Positions 1 through 8,699 of a stretch of 32,104 nucleotides of DNA are shown in pieces; within the stretch, counting starts at the first letter, position 1, and each line of letters opens with the position of its first letter. Position numbers and translations under genes: made by a program. Source of the DNA: a virus. Taxonomy: Duplodnaviria > Caudoviricetes. Under the pieces are notes generated by a model that ran no database searches, was not told where the DNA came from, and was given only the letters and a program-made list of their open reading frames with translations. The stretch covers positions 1 to 32,104 of the IMG/VR virus record IMGVR_UViG_3300022862_000019, one strand, 5' to 3'.

Positions 1-201
1 TTAGCTCTTCCTCTGTCCATTTATCTGGTGCTGTAAACGATAGCCACGAAGCACTTGTATGCATTTCATCAGGTGGTAAATGTATAGGTCCTGAGCCAAT
101 ATTGTCATGTGTGCCGAAGCGTATTTTAATTAATTTCAGTAAAACAATATAAAAATACAGCTATATCTCCATCTTAATAGTTAGCTCGATTAATAGCTCA
201 C

Positions 202-494
202 GGCAACGAATTTGCTCTCACGTATATAGTATATGTGTATTAGGCGTATTAGGTATATGTTATATACGTTATATACACCTATATTATATAAATACACTCA
301 ATAGATAATATTTGTTTACTTTGTTTACTTATATATGGTAATCCTTTGACCGCAAGGGTTTTAACCTCACAGAAACGGCAACAATCATTGTTTACCCTTG
401 TTGCCTTTGTTTACCCACTTTAACGATTTAAAGCACTATCATTTGTTGCCTTTTTGGGCTTTGTTGCCCCTCTTTTCTGTACTTTGTTTACCCT
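202..494. repeat. Diverged second copy of the putative phage replication origin (GTTTAC/GTTGCC iterons, AT-rich core)
   Basis: Colinear with 28824-29116 at a constant offset of 28622. Exact shared blocks include TTAGGCGTATTAGGTATA (240-257) and a 31-bp block (405-435). Confidence 0.85.
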
Positions 495-587
495 AACATC
501 TGTAAAAAAGATGTGATATTAGCGATATCGTACCCAGAATATACAATTTGTACTAATGAGTATTTTAGCAATAATGTTAAAATTATA

Positions 588-616
588 CTGACACTTTCTA
601 GTATTTTTGATATAGT
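588..616 (+). promoter_or_regulatory. Putative sigma-A promoter of the DUF4352-like gene
   Basis: CTGACA-17 bp-TATAGT with TG extension, followed by SD AAGGAG before ATG 653. Confidence 0.5.
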
Positions 617-652
617 TTTATAGAAAATACATATTGAAGGAGAGTTACTGAA

Positions 653-1267
653 ATGAAGAAATTTTTCAAAATTGGATGCGGAGCAATAATTGCATTAATC
701 ATTCTTGGAGCAATTATAGGTGCGCTCGGTGGCGGTGATGATTCATCGAAGGATAAAGAGAGTGAAAAACAGCCGGTTTCCACAGAAGTTGAAAAGAAAG
801 ATGAAACAAAGCCTGTTGAAAAAGAAAAAGAAGAAAAAGAACAAGCTGTTGGAATTGGTACTGCTTTAGAAGTAGGAGATGCAGTATTTACACTAAACGG
901 AGTTGAATTAGCAGACCAGGTAGGACCTTCTGTATTACCTACAAAAGCAAGTGGAAAATACATCGTACTAGATGTCACTTACAAAAATAATGGGAACAAA
1001 GCTGTAACAATCGACTCTAGTTTCTTTAAATTAAAACGTGGCGAAAAAACATATGAAGCTGATAGCGTTGCGAGTATGTCCGCTAACCAAGGTGAAGATG
1101 GTAATATTCAAAATAGCTTCTTCTTACAAGAAGTAAACCCGGATATGGAGATTAAGGGTAAAGTTGTGTTTGATCTTGCACCTGAAGTTGCTGAGTCAAC
1201 TGATTTACAGTTACAAGTGCAAACAGGTATCTGGGGAACTGAAACAGGCATGATAAACTTAAAATAA
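653..1267 (+). CDS. Membrane-anchored DUF4352 (Mpt63-like Ig fold) protein, lysogenic moron
   Basis: N-terminal hydrophobic anchor, charged linker, 'GKYIVLDVTYKNNGNKAVTIDSSFFKL...VNPDMEIKGKVVFDL' pattern; opposite strand to the phage late genes; good SD. Confidence 0.8.
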   Translation: MKKFFKIGCGAIIALIILGAIIGALGGGDDSSKDKESEKQPVSTEVEKKDETKPVEKEKEEKEQAVGIGTALEVGDAVFTLNGVELADQVGPSVLPTKASGKYIVLDVTYKNNGNKAVTIDSSFFKLKRGEKTYEADSVASMSANQGEDGNIQNSFFLQEVNPDMEIKGKVVFDLAPEVAESTDLQLQVQTGIWGTETGMINLK

Positions 1268-1271
1268 ACAC

Positions 1272-1311
1272 AAAAAAGCCCGGGCTCAAAAATAATTGAG
1301 TACCCGGGCTT
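1272..1311. terminator. Intrinsic terminator between convergent genes
   Basis: AAGCCCGGG...CCCGGGCTT inverted repeat with an A6 tract on the left. Confidence 0.75.
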
Positions 1312-1316
1312 CGTTG

Positions 1317-2027
1317 TTAAGCGTTACGTTGTGCAATGATGATTTTCAAACCTTCGTAATCGCCACCAGTCAGTGTACCAGCATCAAATTTATCTAGGTG
1401 TGACTTATCAATAAGCTTTTTATCTACTGCTTGTTTGAGGAAGTCACGGACAGCTGCTTTTGTTGTTGGGTTTGTGAATTTCATAATGTCATCATCCTTT
1501 TCAATTAAATCATTTTTGTCATTCATTGCATTTTCAATTCGCTTCAAGAAACTATCCCACCGATTTTCTGCTAAAATACGATGTGGACAATATTTACCGT
1601 TCCAGTCTTGATGTTTTTTCACTCTCTCAATGCCCCAACCAAACTGCTTTAATAGCTTTGCAATGTATTGAACAGCGTTTTCCTCTGCAACTCCATATCG
1701 AACATCACCACTTTTGCTGTAACAGATTTCAATACCAATAGAAAGGCGATTACCTTTCTTATGGGCGTTAGGATCGGTACTTCCTCCACCATCCCCACAA
1801 TGCCAAGCACTACGGTTAAAAGGAATAGCTTGAATAACTTCTTTATCATCTATTGCTACATGAAATGATACCTGACTGTTATTATTAATCATGTAATAAA
1901 TTTCGTTAGTTGCTGGTGCATCATTGGCCGTGTTGTGTACTGTGATATATTGAGGCACCATAATATATGGCGCCTTGATTAAAAATTTACTTGCTGGTAA
2001 CAAGTTTTGTTTGAAAGTGTAAGCCAT
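1317..2027 (-). CDS. Endolysin, N-acetylmuramoyl-L-alanine amidase (Amidase_2, XlyA-like)
   Basis: Motifs ITVHNTANDA, VSFHVAID, AWHCGDG, SIGIEICY, KHQDWNGKYCP; downstream of holin. Confidence 0.93.
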   Translation of the reverse strand: MAYTFKQNLLPASKFLIKAPYIMVPQYITVHNTANDAPATNEIYYMINNNSQVSFHVAIDDKEVIQAIPFNRSAWHCGDGGGSTDPNAHKKGNRLSIGIEICYSKSGDVRYGVAEENAVQYIAKLLKQFGWGIERVKKHQDWNGKYCPHRILAENRWDSFLKRIENAMNDKNDLIEKDDDIMKFTNPTTKAAVRDFLKQAVDKKLIDKSHLDKFDAGTLTGGDYEGLKIIIAQRNA

Positions 2028-2287
2028 TATTCATCATCCTTTGGTTTTTCATATTTTAATGCTTGTACACTATCACTTACATCTCTTGTTGTAGGGTCTA
2101 TGACTATACCTAACAAAATCAAAATGCTTAAAATGGTATTAAAAATAGCAGTGGCTTGTTCGCCAACTGCTTCAGGTAAATTGTATCCAAATGCTGCTGT
2201 TACTTGTTGAACGAGCAATAACAAAAACGCGAATAATGAAACTAAAAATGGTTTGTGTTTTAAACGTACCTTCCAGTTGATTTTCAT
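2027..2287 (-). CDS. Phage holin (phiLC3-like)
   Basis: MKINWKVRLK start, two TM segments, 'LGIVIDPTT..VSDS..AL.Y..PK' end; abuts the endolysin. Confidence 0.9.
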   Translation of the reverse strand: MKINWKVRLKHKPFLVSLFAFLLLLVQQVTAAFGYNLPEAVGEQATAIFNTILSILILLGIVIDPTTRDVSDSVQALKYEKPKDDE

Positions 2288-2292
2288 GTTGT

Positions 2293-2562
2293 TTACCCTC
2301 CAAAAATTGAATTTTGTAATGCGATAAATACAATACCGACAACTCCACTTATTGCTGCAGCTAAAAAATATCCCTTAATTTTGTCGCTGTTCTTCTCCAT
2401 TTTCTCAACAGATTTTTCAATTTGTTTTACGCTTGAAGCAGTATCATAAACAATTGGTTTTACTGCATTCATATCCTTTTCAAGTTCAACAATTCGTCTC
2501 TCATGGTCTGCGATAGATACAGCTTGTTGAAACTCACTCATTCGTTCACTCAATACCATCAC
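2293..2562 (-). CDS. XhlA-like lysis accessory protein
   Basis: Coiled-coil N-terminus plus a single C-terminal TM helix, directly upstream of the holin. Confidence 0.6.
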   Translation of the reverse strand: MMVLSERMSEFQQAVSIADHERRIVELEKDMNAVKPIVYDTASSVKQIEKSVEKMEKNSDKIKGYFLAAAISGVVGIVFIALQNSIFGG

Positions 2563-2668
2563 CCACTTATTAAAAATAACACTGCTCGGTACAGTGCATT
2601 GCTCAGCCTTGTTGTATAAAGAACCTCCAAATAAGAAAGGCTTATTCCCAAACTTCTAGTATTTCTAC

Positions 2669-2854
2669 TCACCAAACTCGACAAAGTGCGCCTTTTAGAT
2701 TTTCAAGGATATAAGTATCCAAGTTACATTCAGAGACAACTAGCTCATAACTTTCACCGAAACGGTAATAAATATCGCCCTTCTGTATTTCTGTGCCATA
2801 CATATCTTCAGTAGGATGATTTACATTTGTTCTCAAGATGTTTCCTCCTTTCAA
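2669..2854 (-). CDS. Small hypothetical phage protein (YqaI-like)
   Basis: 'HP.EDMYGTEIQKGDIYY' resembles YqaI-type proteins; SD AAGGAGG suggests a TTG start near 2836. Confidence 0.5.
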   Translation of the reverse strand: MKGGNILRTNVNHPTEDMYGTEIQKGDIYYRFGESYELVVSECNLDTYILENLKGALCRVW

Positions 2855-2898
2855 AATTCCTAGCTCTAGGGGATTTAGACAATAAAAATAACGCTAAG

Positions 2899-3285
2899 CT
2901 ATGCTTGCGTTTCTGCTTCTTCAGTATCAAGGTTTTCATCAATCTCAGCATACTGGTAATATGATCGATTAATTAATATTTCTTCATTCACCAATGCAAA
3001 TGCTTTTTTGTTAACATCATTAGTTAATGTATCTAGCATTACATCTGACTTGGCTTCAGTGTATAGAAGGGTTTCTCCAACTTTTATTGTTACTTTTCGT
3101 GTTTCAGTCTTTGTTAGTGCCTCTTCTTTGGCAACTGCAACAACCAGATGCTTTGTCATACTCTTTCTGCCGATTCTTGCAGCTATTGTCTGGTTTTGAT
3201 TATAAATTGTTGCTACAGTATTTAAATTTACCCCTTGTGTTAAAACCTTACTACCATCCATCATTACAATAATATAATTGTCCAT
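2899..3285 (-). CDS. Hypothetical protein (late operon)
   Basis: 128-aa ORF with SD AAGGAG directly after the Tal-like gene. Confidence 0.7.
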   Translation of the reverse strand: MDNYIIVMMDGSKVLTQGVNLNTVATIYNQNQTIAARIGRKSMTKHLVVAVAKEEALTKTETRKVTIKVGETLLYTEAKSDVMLDTLTNDVNKKAFALVNEEILINRSYYQYAEIDENLDTEEAETQA

Positions 3286-3300
3286 TTTGTTAATCTCCTT

Positions 3301-5178
3301 TTATGATAATTTCACTGAGCCAACCGTTCTTCCATTTTCTTTCACAATGAGAAAACCACCTGAATAAGAAATACCCATCCCTGGTGATTCGGAACGTACA
3401 AGTCCTATTAGATTAGTTGTATACGGAACGTTTAATGTACCATAAATAGTGTTATAACCATTTATCTCATTGCTAGTTCCATTCAATCTAACGTTAGGCG
3501 AGGATAGCTCTAAATAACTGCCATTGTAGGTAATGTTTGAACCACTACCGAATTGGACTGATTTAGTTCCCCAGCCATCTGCACCAAGCGTCAGGTTGTT
3601 ACCGATTATAGCATCTCTATTTACTCGAATATCTGTAGATCCTTCAATACTACCATTCACCATTACAGCACCATTCATATTGATCTTTTGAGCATTGATT
3701 GTGACTGAATAAGGATCCTGATTAATCATACTTATTATTGTTGAGCCAGTATAATCTGTGTAAGATACCTTTGATGTAATTTGGTTACTCATCTGTGTAA
3801 TGCTTGACTGGGCGCTACTCATTTGAGTATTTAGGCCACCAATTTGAGTACTATGAGAAGTAACAGTGGATTGGATACCACTGGCCGTAATTTCTAAACG
3901 TGAAACATCTTCTTTAACTGAATTAATGCCACCGTTTATTGTTGTCACTTCTGACCTTACTTCTGCTCTTATTTGAGCAGCTGTTTGAGAAATAGACGAG
4001 CTCAGACGCGTTTCCATACTTCCCATGTCTGTATTGATATTCGTTACATGTTGCGTCATTTCGGTTCGTAATTCTCGCGCTGTAAGACTTACCATAGCTG
4101 TATATTCTGTGGTAATATTTTTTTCTAATTCAGTGACTGTTTCAGATAACTCCCAACGGGACTCGCGCTGGATAATTTCTTTGGTCTGATCAATATTCTC
4201 GTTGACATTATCTTCAGTATCTTTGATTTGATCTTGTAGAATCTCTTCAGCTGTTTTAAATACATAGTTTCCTACGTTTACGCTTGTAGCAACAAATTCC
4301 TCACCGTTCCATTCTTCACGAACCTTCAATATTCGTGTAGTTATGGATAGGTCATCCATAGGCTCGTAGATCGTGTGAATGGTTTCCCCTAACTCATGCG
4401 TCTCACCTAATTGAGCAATGTCCAACTCGTACGAAATATCAATATCCTGAAACTTAGCTTTTGCACGCTCATACGCTTCCTCATACGTTTTAATGCGCTC
4501 ATCGTTGATGATGTCACCATAAATAGCCCGATCATAATTACCGGCCGTTGCCGATTCAAAGGTCGCTGTTTGCTGCAGATCTTCACCGTAATTGACGATG
4601 ATATGAGTTGCTAGATTTGTAGAGATAGAATCCTTAGTTAGATTTCTTAGGTTATAAGCATATCGATACTGTTGACCATAATCTTCACTCAATGATTTTC
4701 TAATCACGAACACTCGACCTGGCATTAGACCGAATTCAACCTGTAATCTGTTGCATAAATCCCTAAACAGTTTCCAGACATTACTACGCCCAAAATCCTT
4801 TAACTCAATGCTTGATTCAACACCTGCAGCAACAAAATTAAAGGTCCATCCTGTACCTGCCAACAAGGCACTGAACACTTCATTTGGTGTATAGGTACCT
4901 GTCAATCTCTCATTAAAAGGCGTCCCAGCAAGATCCATAACAATGTGTAAGGCACTAAAGTTTTTGTAATTTGTTTTATTACTCAACTTTTTAATACGGT
5001 ACTCATGGTCATTAACAATTACAATTGCTTCTTCTTGTAGATATGGATAAGCAGGATTGTTTGCCCTGTTCACAACAACCATATTCAGCTCATGAGCATT
5101 ACTGATTTCTTGATCAATACGGCCTGATTGAATATGGTTGATTGGATATTCAATACCTTTATGTTTTACTAACGGCAT
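3301..5178 (-). CDS. Tal-like prophage tail (endopeptidase-family) hub protein with coiled-coil and gp58-like repeats
   Basis: N-terminal prophage-tail motifs (QYRYAYNLRNL, ELGETIHTIYEP, TTRILKV), heptad region, 'IISMINQDP.SVTINAQKINMNG'. Confidence 0.8.
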   Translation of the reverse strand: MPLVKHKGIEYPINHIQSGRIDQEISNAHELNMVVVNRANNPAYPYLQEEAIVIVNDHEYRIKKLSNKTNYKNFSALHIVMDLAGTPFNERLTGTYTPNEVFSALLAGTGWTFNFVAAGVESSIELKDFGRSNVWKLFRDLCNRLQVEFGLMPGRVFVIRKSLSEDYGQQYRYAYNLRNLTKDSISTNLATHIIVNYGEDLQQTATFESATAGNYDRAIYGDIINDERIKTYEEAYERAKAKFQDIDISYELDIAQLGETHELGETIHTIYEPMDDLSITTRILKVREEWNGEEFVATSVNVGNYVFKTAEEILQDQIKDTEDNVNENIDQTKEIIQRESRWELSETVTELEKNITTEYTAMVSLTARELRTEMTQHVTNINTDMGSMETRLSSSISQTAAQIRAEVRSEVTTINGGINSVKEDVSRLEITASGIQSTVTSHSTQIGGLNTQMSSAQSSITQMSNQITSKVSYTDYTGSTIISMINQDPYSVTINAQKINMNGAVMVNGSIEGSTDIRVNRDAIIGNNLTLGADGWGTKSVQFGSGSNITYNGSYLELSSPNVRLNGTSNEINGYNTIYGTLNVPYTTNLIGLVRSESPGMGISYSGGFLIVKENGRTVGSVKLS

Positions 5179-5254
5179 GACTGATCACCAACTAACGTAA
5201 TTTTTGTTTTACCCAGCTGCATAGTGATTTTCATAATCTCACTTCCTTTCAAGC

Positions 5255-5285
5255 AAAAGAAAAAGCATCCTCAAAAAAGAGGACA
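5255..5285 (-). terminator. Possible weak terminator after the moron pair
   Basis: TCCTC...GAGGA stem followed by a U-rich tract on the minus strand. Confidence 0.35.
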
Positions 5286-5337
5286 CTCAATAAATATTCA
5301 ATATTAATCTTTTTATGGCTTATTGAGTAATATAAAA

Positions 5338-5544
5338 TTAATATCTTACTTTTCCTGTAACTAAGTGTTCATTCCCTAAATATTTTACTGTGAAATACTC
5401 TGGGTTAAATCTATCATCATCTTCATTCTTAGGAACATAATCTCTATTTTCATTTTGTATCCACGCTGTTACAGCAGATAAGCTATCATGGGTTTCTATT
5501 ATAATTTCTTTACCCTTATAACGAATTAAATATTTTCCATACAT
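5338..5544 (-). CDS. Low-GC hypothetical protein (moron)
   Basis: 68-aa ORF with SD GGGAG; visibly more AT-rich than the flanking tail genes. Confidence 0.65.
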   Translation of the reverse strand: MYGKYLIRYKGKEIIIETHDSLSAVTAWIQNENRDYVPKNEDDDRFNPEYFTVKYLGNEHLVTGKVRY

Positions 5545-5639
5545 AATAGATCCTACTCCCTTTAATTTACTTAATTCAACAAAAGAAAATATTTCACTTC
5601 TTTGTTAGACATTAAAGTGGCACTTAATATTTTCTTTTT

Positions 5640-5870
5640 TTAGATGCTAATCAATTTGTTGTAAAAAAGTATTATCATCACAAAGACAAACAGGAAAAGT
5701 AAAACCAATGCCCCTGGTTTTAATAACTTGTCTTTTTGACTTTCCTTTTCAGAATAAGATGTGGCAACTACATAATCTTTAAATCTATAACAAAACCAAA
5801 CACTACTTCCAAAGAATGCAAGTAAAGCTAAAGTGGCACCGACAAAATAAAAGCTTAAAAGGATTTGCAT
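5640..5870 (-). CDS. Two-TM membrane protein (moron); start re-assigned to ATG 5870
   Basis: SD GGGAGG precedes ATG 5870 (MQILLSFYF...); two hydrophobic helices. Confidence 0.7.
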   Translation of the reverse strand: MQILLSFYFVGATLALLAFFGSSVWFCYRFKDYVVATSYSEKESQKDKLLKPGALVLLFLFVFVMIILFYNKLISI

Positions 5871-5901
5871 ATATTTCCTCCCTTCATCATAATCTACCAA
5901 T

Positions 5902-5931
5902 ATTCTACAAAAAGAACATAAGTTCTGACAA
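5902..5931 (-). promoter_or_regulatory. Sigma-A promoter with an internal LexA/DinR (Cheo) box
   Basis: TTGTCA-18 bp-TAGAAT on the minus strand; AGAACATAAGTTCT (5913-5926) fits GAAC-N4-GTTC. Confidence 0.65.
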
Positions 5932-6028
5932 GGAAATGGCCCAACTTTTTATTCTCTTAAGTTGTTTTTTGTCTGTTTTTCACAACTTTACTTATAAAAT
6001 TGCAGACATGCTATTTCTTTTTTTTATT

Positions 6029-6055
6029 AAAAAACGCTACTCGGTGTGAGTAGCG
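6029..6055 (-). terminator. Intrinsic terminator after the fibre/chaperone genes
   Basis: CGCTACTC-5 nt-GAGTAGCG plus T6 on the minus strand. Confidence 0.8.
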
Positions 6056-6077
6056 CTTACTGAACAATATGGAACGA

Positions 6078-6269
6078 TTAAACACCTTCAGTATTTTCAA
6101 TTTGCTCGATATCTGCTCTAAAAGCATAAATTTGGGCAAGTACAAGGTTTCCATTTTCTTCAGATAGTTTATAGCTGTTTAAAACTTCTTGTATATCCGT
6201 TTCGCCTCTTGTGTAACGTGTAATACATGCGTTTGCAATAATTCTAACTTTGTAATCAGCTAATATCAT
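6078..6269 (-). CDS. Small tail-associated protein (XkdX-like position)
   Basis: 63 aa, SD AGGAG, follows the putative fibre chaperone. Confidence 0.6.
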   Translation of the reverse strand: MILADYKVRIIANACITRYTRGETDIQEVLNSYKLSEENGNLVLAQIYAFRADIEQIENTEGV

Positions 6270-6286
6270 CTCTACTAACTCCTTTT

Positions 6287-6673
6287 TTAAAGTACGATTA
6301 ATTCTGCAAGCATTAGTTCTAAATCTGCTATACGTTGGCTCATTTTATCCACATACACATACTGGTCTTTTATATCAACGACCTCTGGAACTTCATCACC
6401 AACTATATAGGAATTTCCTGCTGCATCCTTCATTGAGTAAACTCGATGTGTATGATTTCCAATCTCCTCACCGTCATCATTTAGGATTTTTTCCACAACA
6501 ATCTCCATATCAAGCGTGAGATTTTCTGTGATGATTACGCCAATTTCTTCATCTTTCCATCCTTCTACATAACCTCCATCAAATTCCAATCTGTTGCCAT
6601 CTAACATTACAATATTGTCGTAAAAATCATGGATAGTGTTACTTTCTTTAAGGTATAAAATTGCTACTGCCAT
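6287..6673 (-). CDS. Putative tail fibre chaperone (XkdW-like position)
   Basis: C-terminal 'QRIADLELMLAEL' coiled coil typical of post-fibre genes; SD GGAGG. Confidence 0.6.
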   Translation of the reverse strand: MAVAILYLKESNTIHDFYDNIVMLDGNRLEFDGGYVEGWKDEEIGVIITENLTLDMEIVVEKILNDDGEEIGNHTHRVYSMKDAAGNSYIVGDEVPEVVDIKDQYVYVDKMSQRIADLELMLAELIVL

Positions 6674-6689
6674 AGGTTAGCCTCCTTCT

Positions 6690-8684
6690 TTATAAAATCT
6701 GACCACCATTGAGGGCTCGTGTTGGTGTCGTACCTGTGATTGACGATGCCCGTCTTCTACATATTGATAATTCTACATCGATTCCAATTTTGTTACCCGA
6801 ACCAGACACTGTATCTAGTACAACATTTGATCCATTATCTAGCTTGATTCCAGCACCAGATGTCTTGCTACTGTAAGTAGACATAGAAATCATACCAGAT
6901 GATGCCAAGCAGTAGACCCCGTGACCATCCGTTCCATATGGGCTGTTGACATTTTGTATAGAAAAATTATTTACACTTCGTAAATCAAGACCCATTACGG
7001 CATTGAAGTCCCTTAATTGTAGATTGTCAATATGAGAGAACATAACCCAGTCTATCACTGTAGTTGCCCCAGCGCCTCTTACAGTAAGAAGCCCACCTCT
7101 ATAATTAGAGAGGTTAAGGGTCGAATACGTACCTGCGGCTAGTGTTAGAGTCGTTTCATATCCTGACAATCTAGGTAATTTCCCCAGTGCATACCCTAAG
7201 GTCTTATATGCATTGGCTCCATTTGACCATCCTTTACCGTCTTCGTCTAAGCCATTTACTGGATCGACATAGATGTTGTATAGATTATCAGTTACCCTAG
7301 TCCATGGATTCCAGTTACCGTTGGCGAATCCTTGTCTGAACCATGTAACTTCTGGTTTGTTTGAAGAACGGGCGAATTGAGTGACCGAGCCTTCATTATA
7401 TCCACTCCATGCTATTACTTCTACTAGATATGAGGCTGGTCCTGTTGGCGGTAGATTTTTTGCTCCCCACGATTGTGATCCGTTGTACCACCCAGATTTT
7501 CTTAGTAAATTATAGTCACCGTTGTATTCGATTGCCTTTCCATTGACTGTCATTTGTGAATCAGCTATTTCTTCCAATGCTGTTTGTAGCCCATCAATGT
7601 TTCCAATCTTATGGGCGTTGATATTACTTTCAGCCAAATGTTCAGTAACTTCCGTTTTATTGTCAGTGACCGTTTGCTTGATATTTGTTATTTCTTGATT
7701 AACTTCGGTTAGGTCAGCGTCCTTACCTGGTAGCCCCTGTGGTCCTTCAGGTCCAGGAGGTCCAGTTTCACCTTTCAATGATTCAAGCCATTCCTCCATG
7801 GTTCCCACAAAACCATTTTGCATAGCGAGGTCATATGCTGACTTCCCTTCTGGACCCTGAATAGGACCGACATTCTTCCAGTTATTTAGATTAGCTTGCC
7901 ATACATAGAGGTCGCCACCAATCATGTATGCATCACCGGGAGAACCAGTTTGCGGAAGTTCTGCTTCACTAGCTAAACTGCCAATTATATTAACCCCTGT
8001 GCCATCCTTACCGTCTTTACCTGGTAATCCTTGAGGCCCTGTTGCTCCTGTAGCACCCTTTTCAGCAAATAAGGACCAATATGTGTTTGATTGAGTTGGC
8101 AAGGTTGGTGGTGCCTTGTCTATGTTATCTTGTAAAGCTATGAAAGTTGATCCATTATACGTGGCCATATTATTCTTAAAATACTGAGTAGTATTATTCC
8201 AGATTCCTCGATGAACTGTATTATTGATCAGTGATTGCATATTAGAAATAGCTGTTTTAGCCTGTGCTGTTGCATCTAAGGCTCCTTGTTTTGCTGCATT
8301 GGCTCCTTCAGCAGAAGTATCAGCATTTTCTATAGCTTGATTTACTTCTAAGAGTTTATCAGCAACCTTATCAAGTGCTATTTGTAATGCGGTATTATTT
8401 TTAGCTATTGCATCCTGTGTAGCTGTGTTGTTTGCATCAATGGCTTCTTGTACAGTTGTATCAACTTGAGCGATATAATTTTGTAAATCTGTTTCAGCAT
8501 TCGCTATCGCTTGTTCAAGCCGTGCAATCAGTTCATCAACTTCATGACCGCCTGCTAGCGCTTTAATTTGCAACTGCACATGGTCAAAATAAGCCATGAT
8601 ACGTGTCCAGTTATCATTTAGTCGATTACGCCCTTCGCGATCAATAGGTGAGAGCGTTTCATTTAAAGGGTATTTTTCTGACAC
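6690..8684 (-). CDS. Tail fibre / receptor-binding protein
   Basis: Coiled coil, CBM-like segment (WNNTTQY...TYNGSTFIAL...YWSL), collagen GXY repeats, knob-like segment, beta-rich C-terminus. Confidence 0.8.
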   Translation of the reverse strand: MSEKYPLNETLSPIDREGRNRLNDNWTRIMAYFDHVQLQIKALAGGHEVDELIARLEQAIANAETDLQNYIAQVDTTVQEAIDANNTATQDAIAKNNTALQIALDKVADKLLEVNQAIENADTSAEGANAAKQGALDATAQAKTAISNMQSLINNTVHRGIWNNTTQYFKNNMATYNGSTFIALQDNIDKAPPTLPTQSNTYWSLFAEKGATGATGPQGLPGKDGKDGTGVNIIGSLASEAELPQTGSPGDAYMIGGDLYVWQANLNNWKNVGPIQGPEGKSAYDLAMQNGFVGTMEEWLESLKGETGPPGPEGPQGLPGKDADLTEVNQEITNIKQTVTDNKTEVTEHLAESNINAHKIGNIDGLQTALEEIADSQMTVNGKAIEYNGDYNLLRKSGWYNGSQSWGAKNLPPTGPASYLVEVIAWSGYNEGSVTQFARSSNKPEVTWFRQGFANGNWNPWTRVTDNLYNIYVDPVNGLDEDGKGWSNGANAYKTLGYALGKLPRLSGYETTLTLAAGTYSTLNLSNYRGGLLTVRGAGATTVIDWVMFSHIDNLQLRDFNAVMGLDLRSVNNFSIQNVNSPYGTDGHGVYCLASSGMISMSTYSSKTSGAGIKLDNGSNVVLDTVSGSGNKIGIDVELSICRRRASSITGTTPTRALNGGQIL

Positions 8685-8699
8685 CTTTGATTACCTCCT

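Noticed and set aside
102-125. 'TLRHT' integrase-like motif in one minus-strand frame
   Set aside because: Immediately followed by a stop with no surrounding similarity; likely chance.
202-494. attL/attR direct repeat, terminal redundancy or assembly duplication as the explanation for the 28.6-kb-spaced repeat
   Set aside because: The copies are too diverged between iterons, and the right copy lies inside the replication operon rather than at a prophage boundary.
598-978. 126-aa minus-strand ORF
   Set aside because: Shadow of the DUF4352-like gene; S/F-rich antisense composition.
6690-8684. Diversity-generating retroelement or invertible fibre cassette
   Set aside because: No reverse transcriptase, invertase or duplicate C-terminal template seen in the window.
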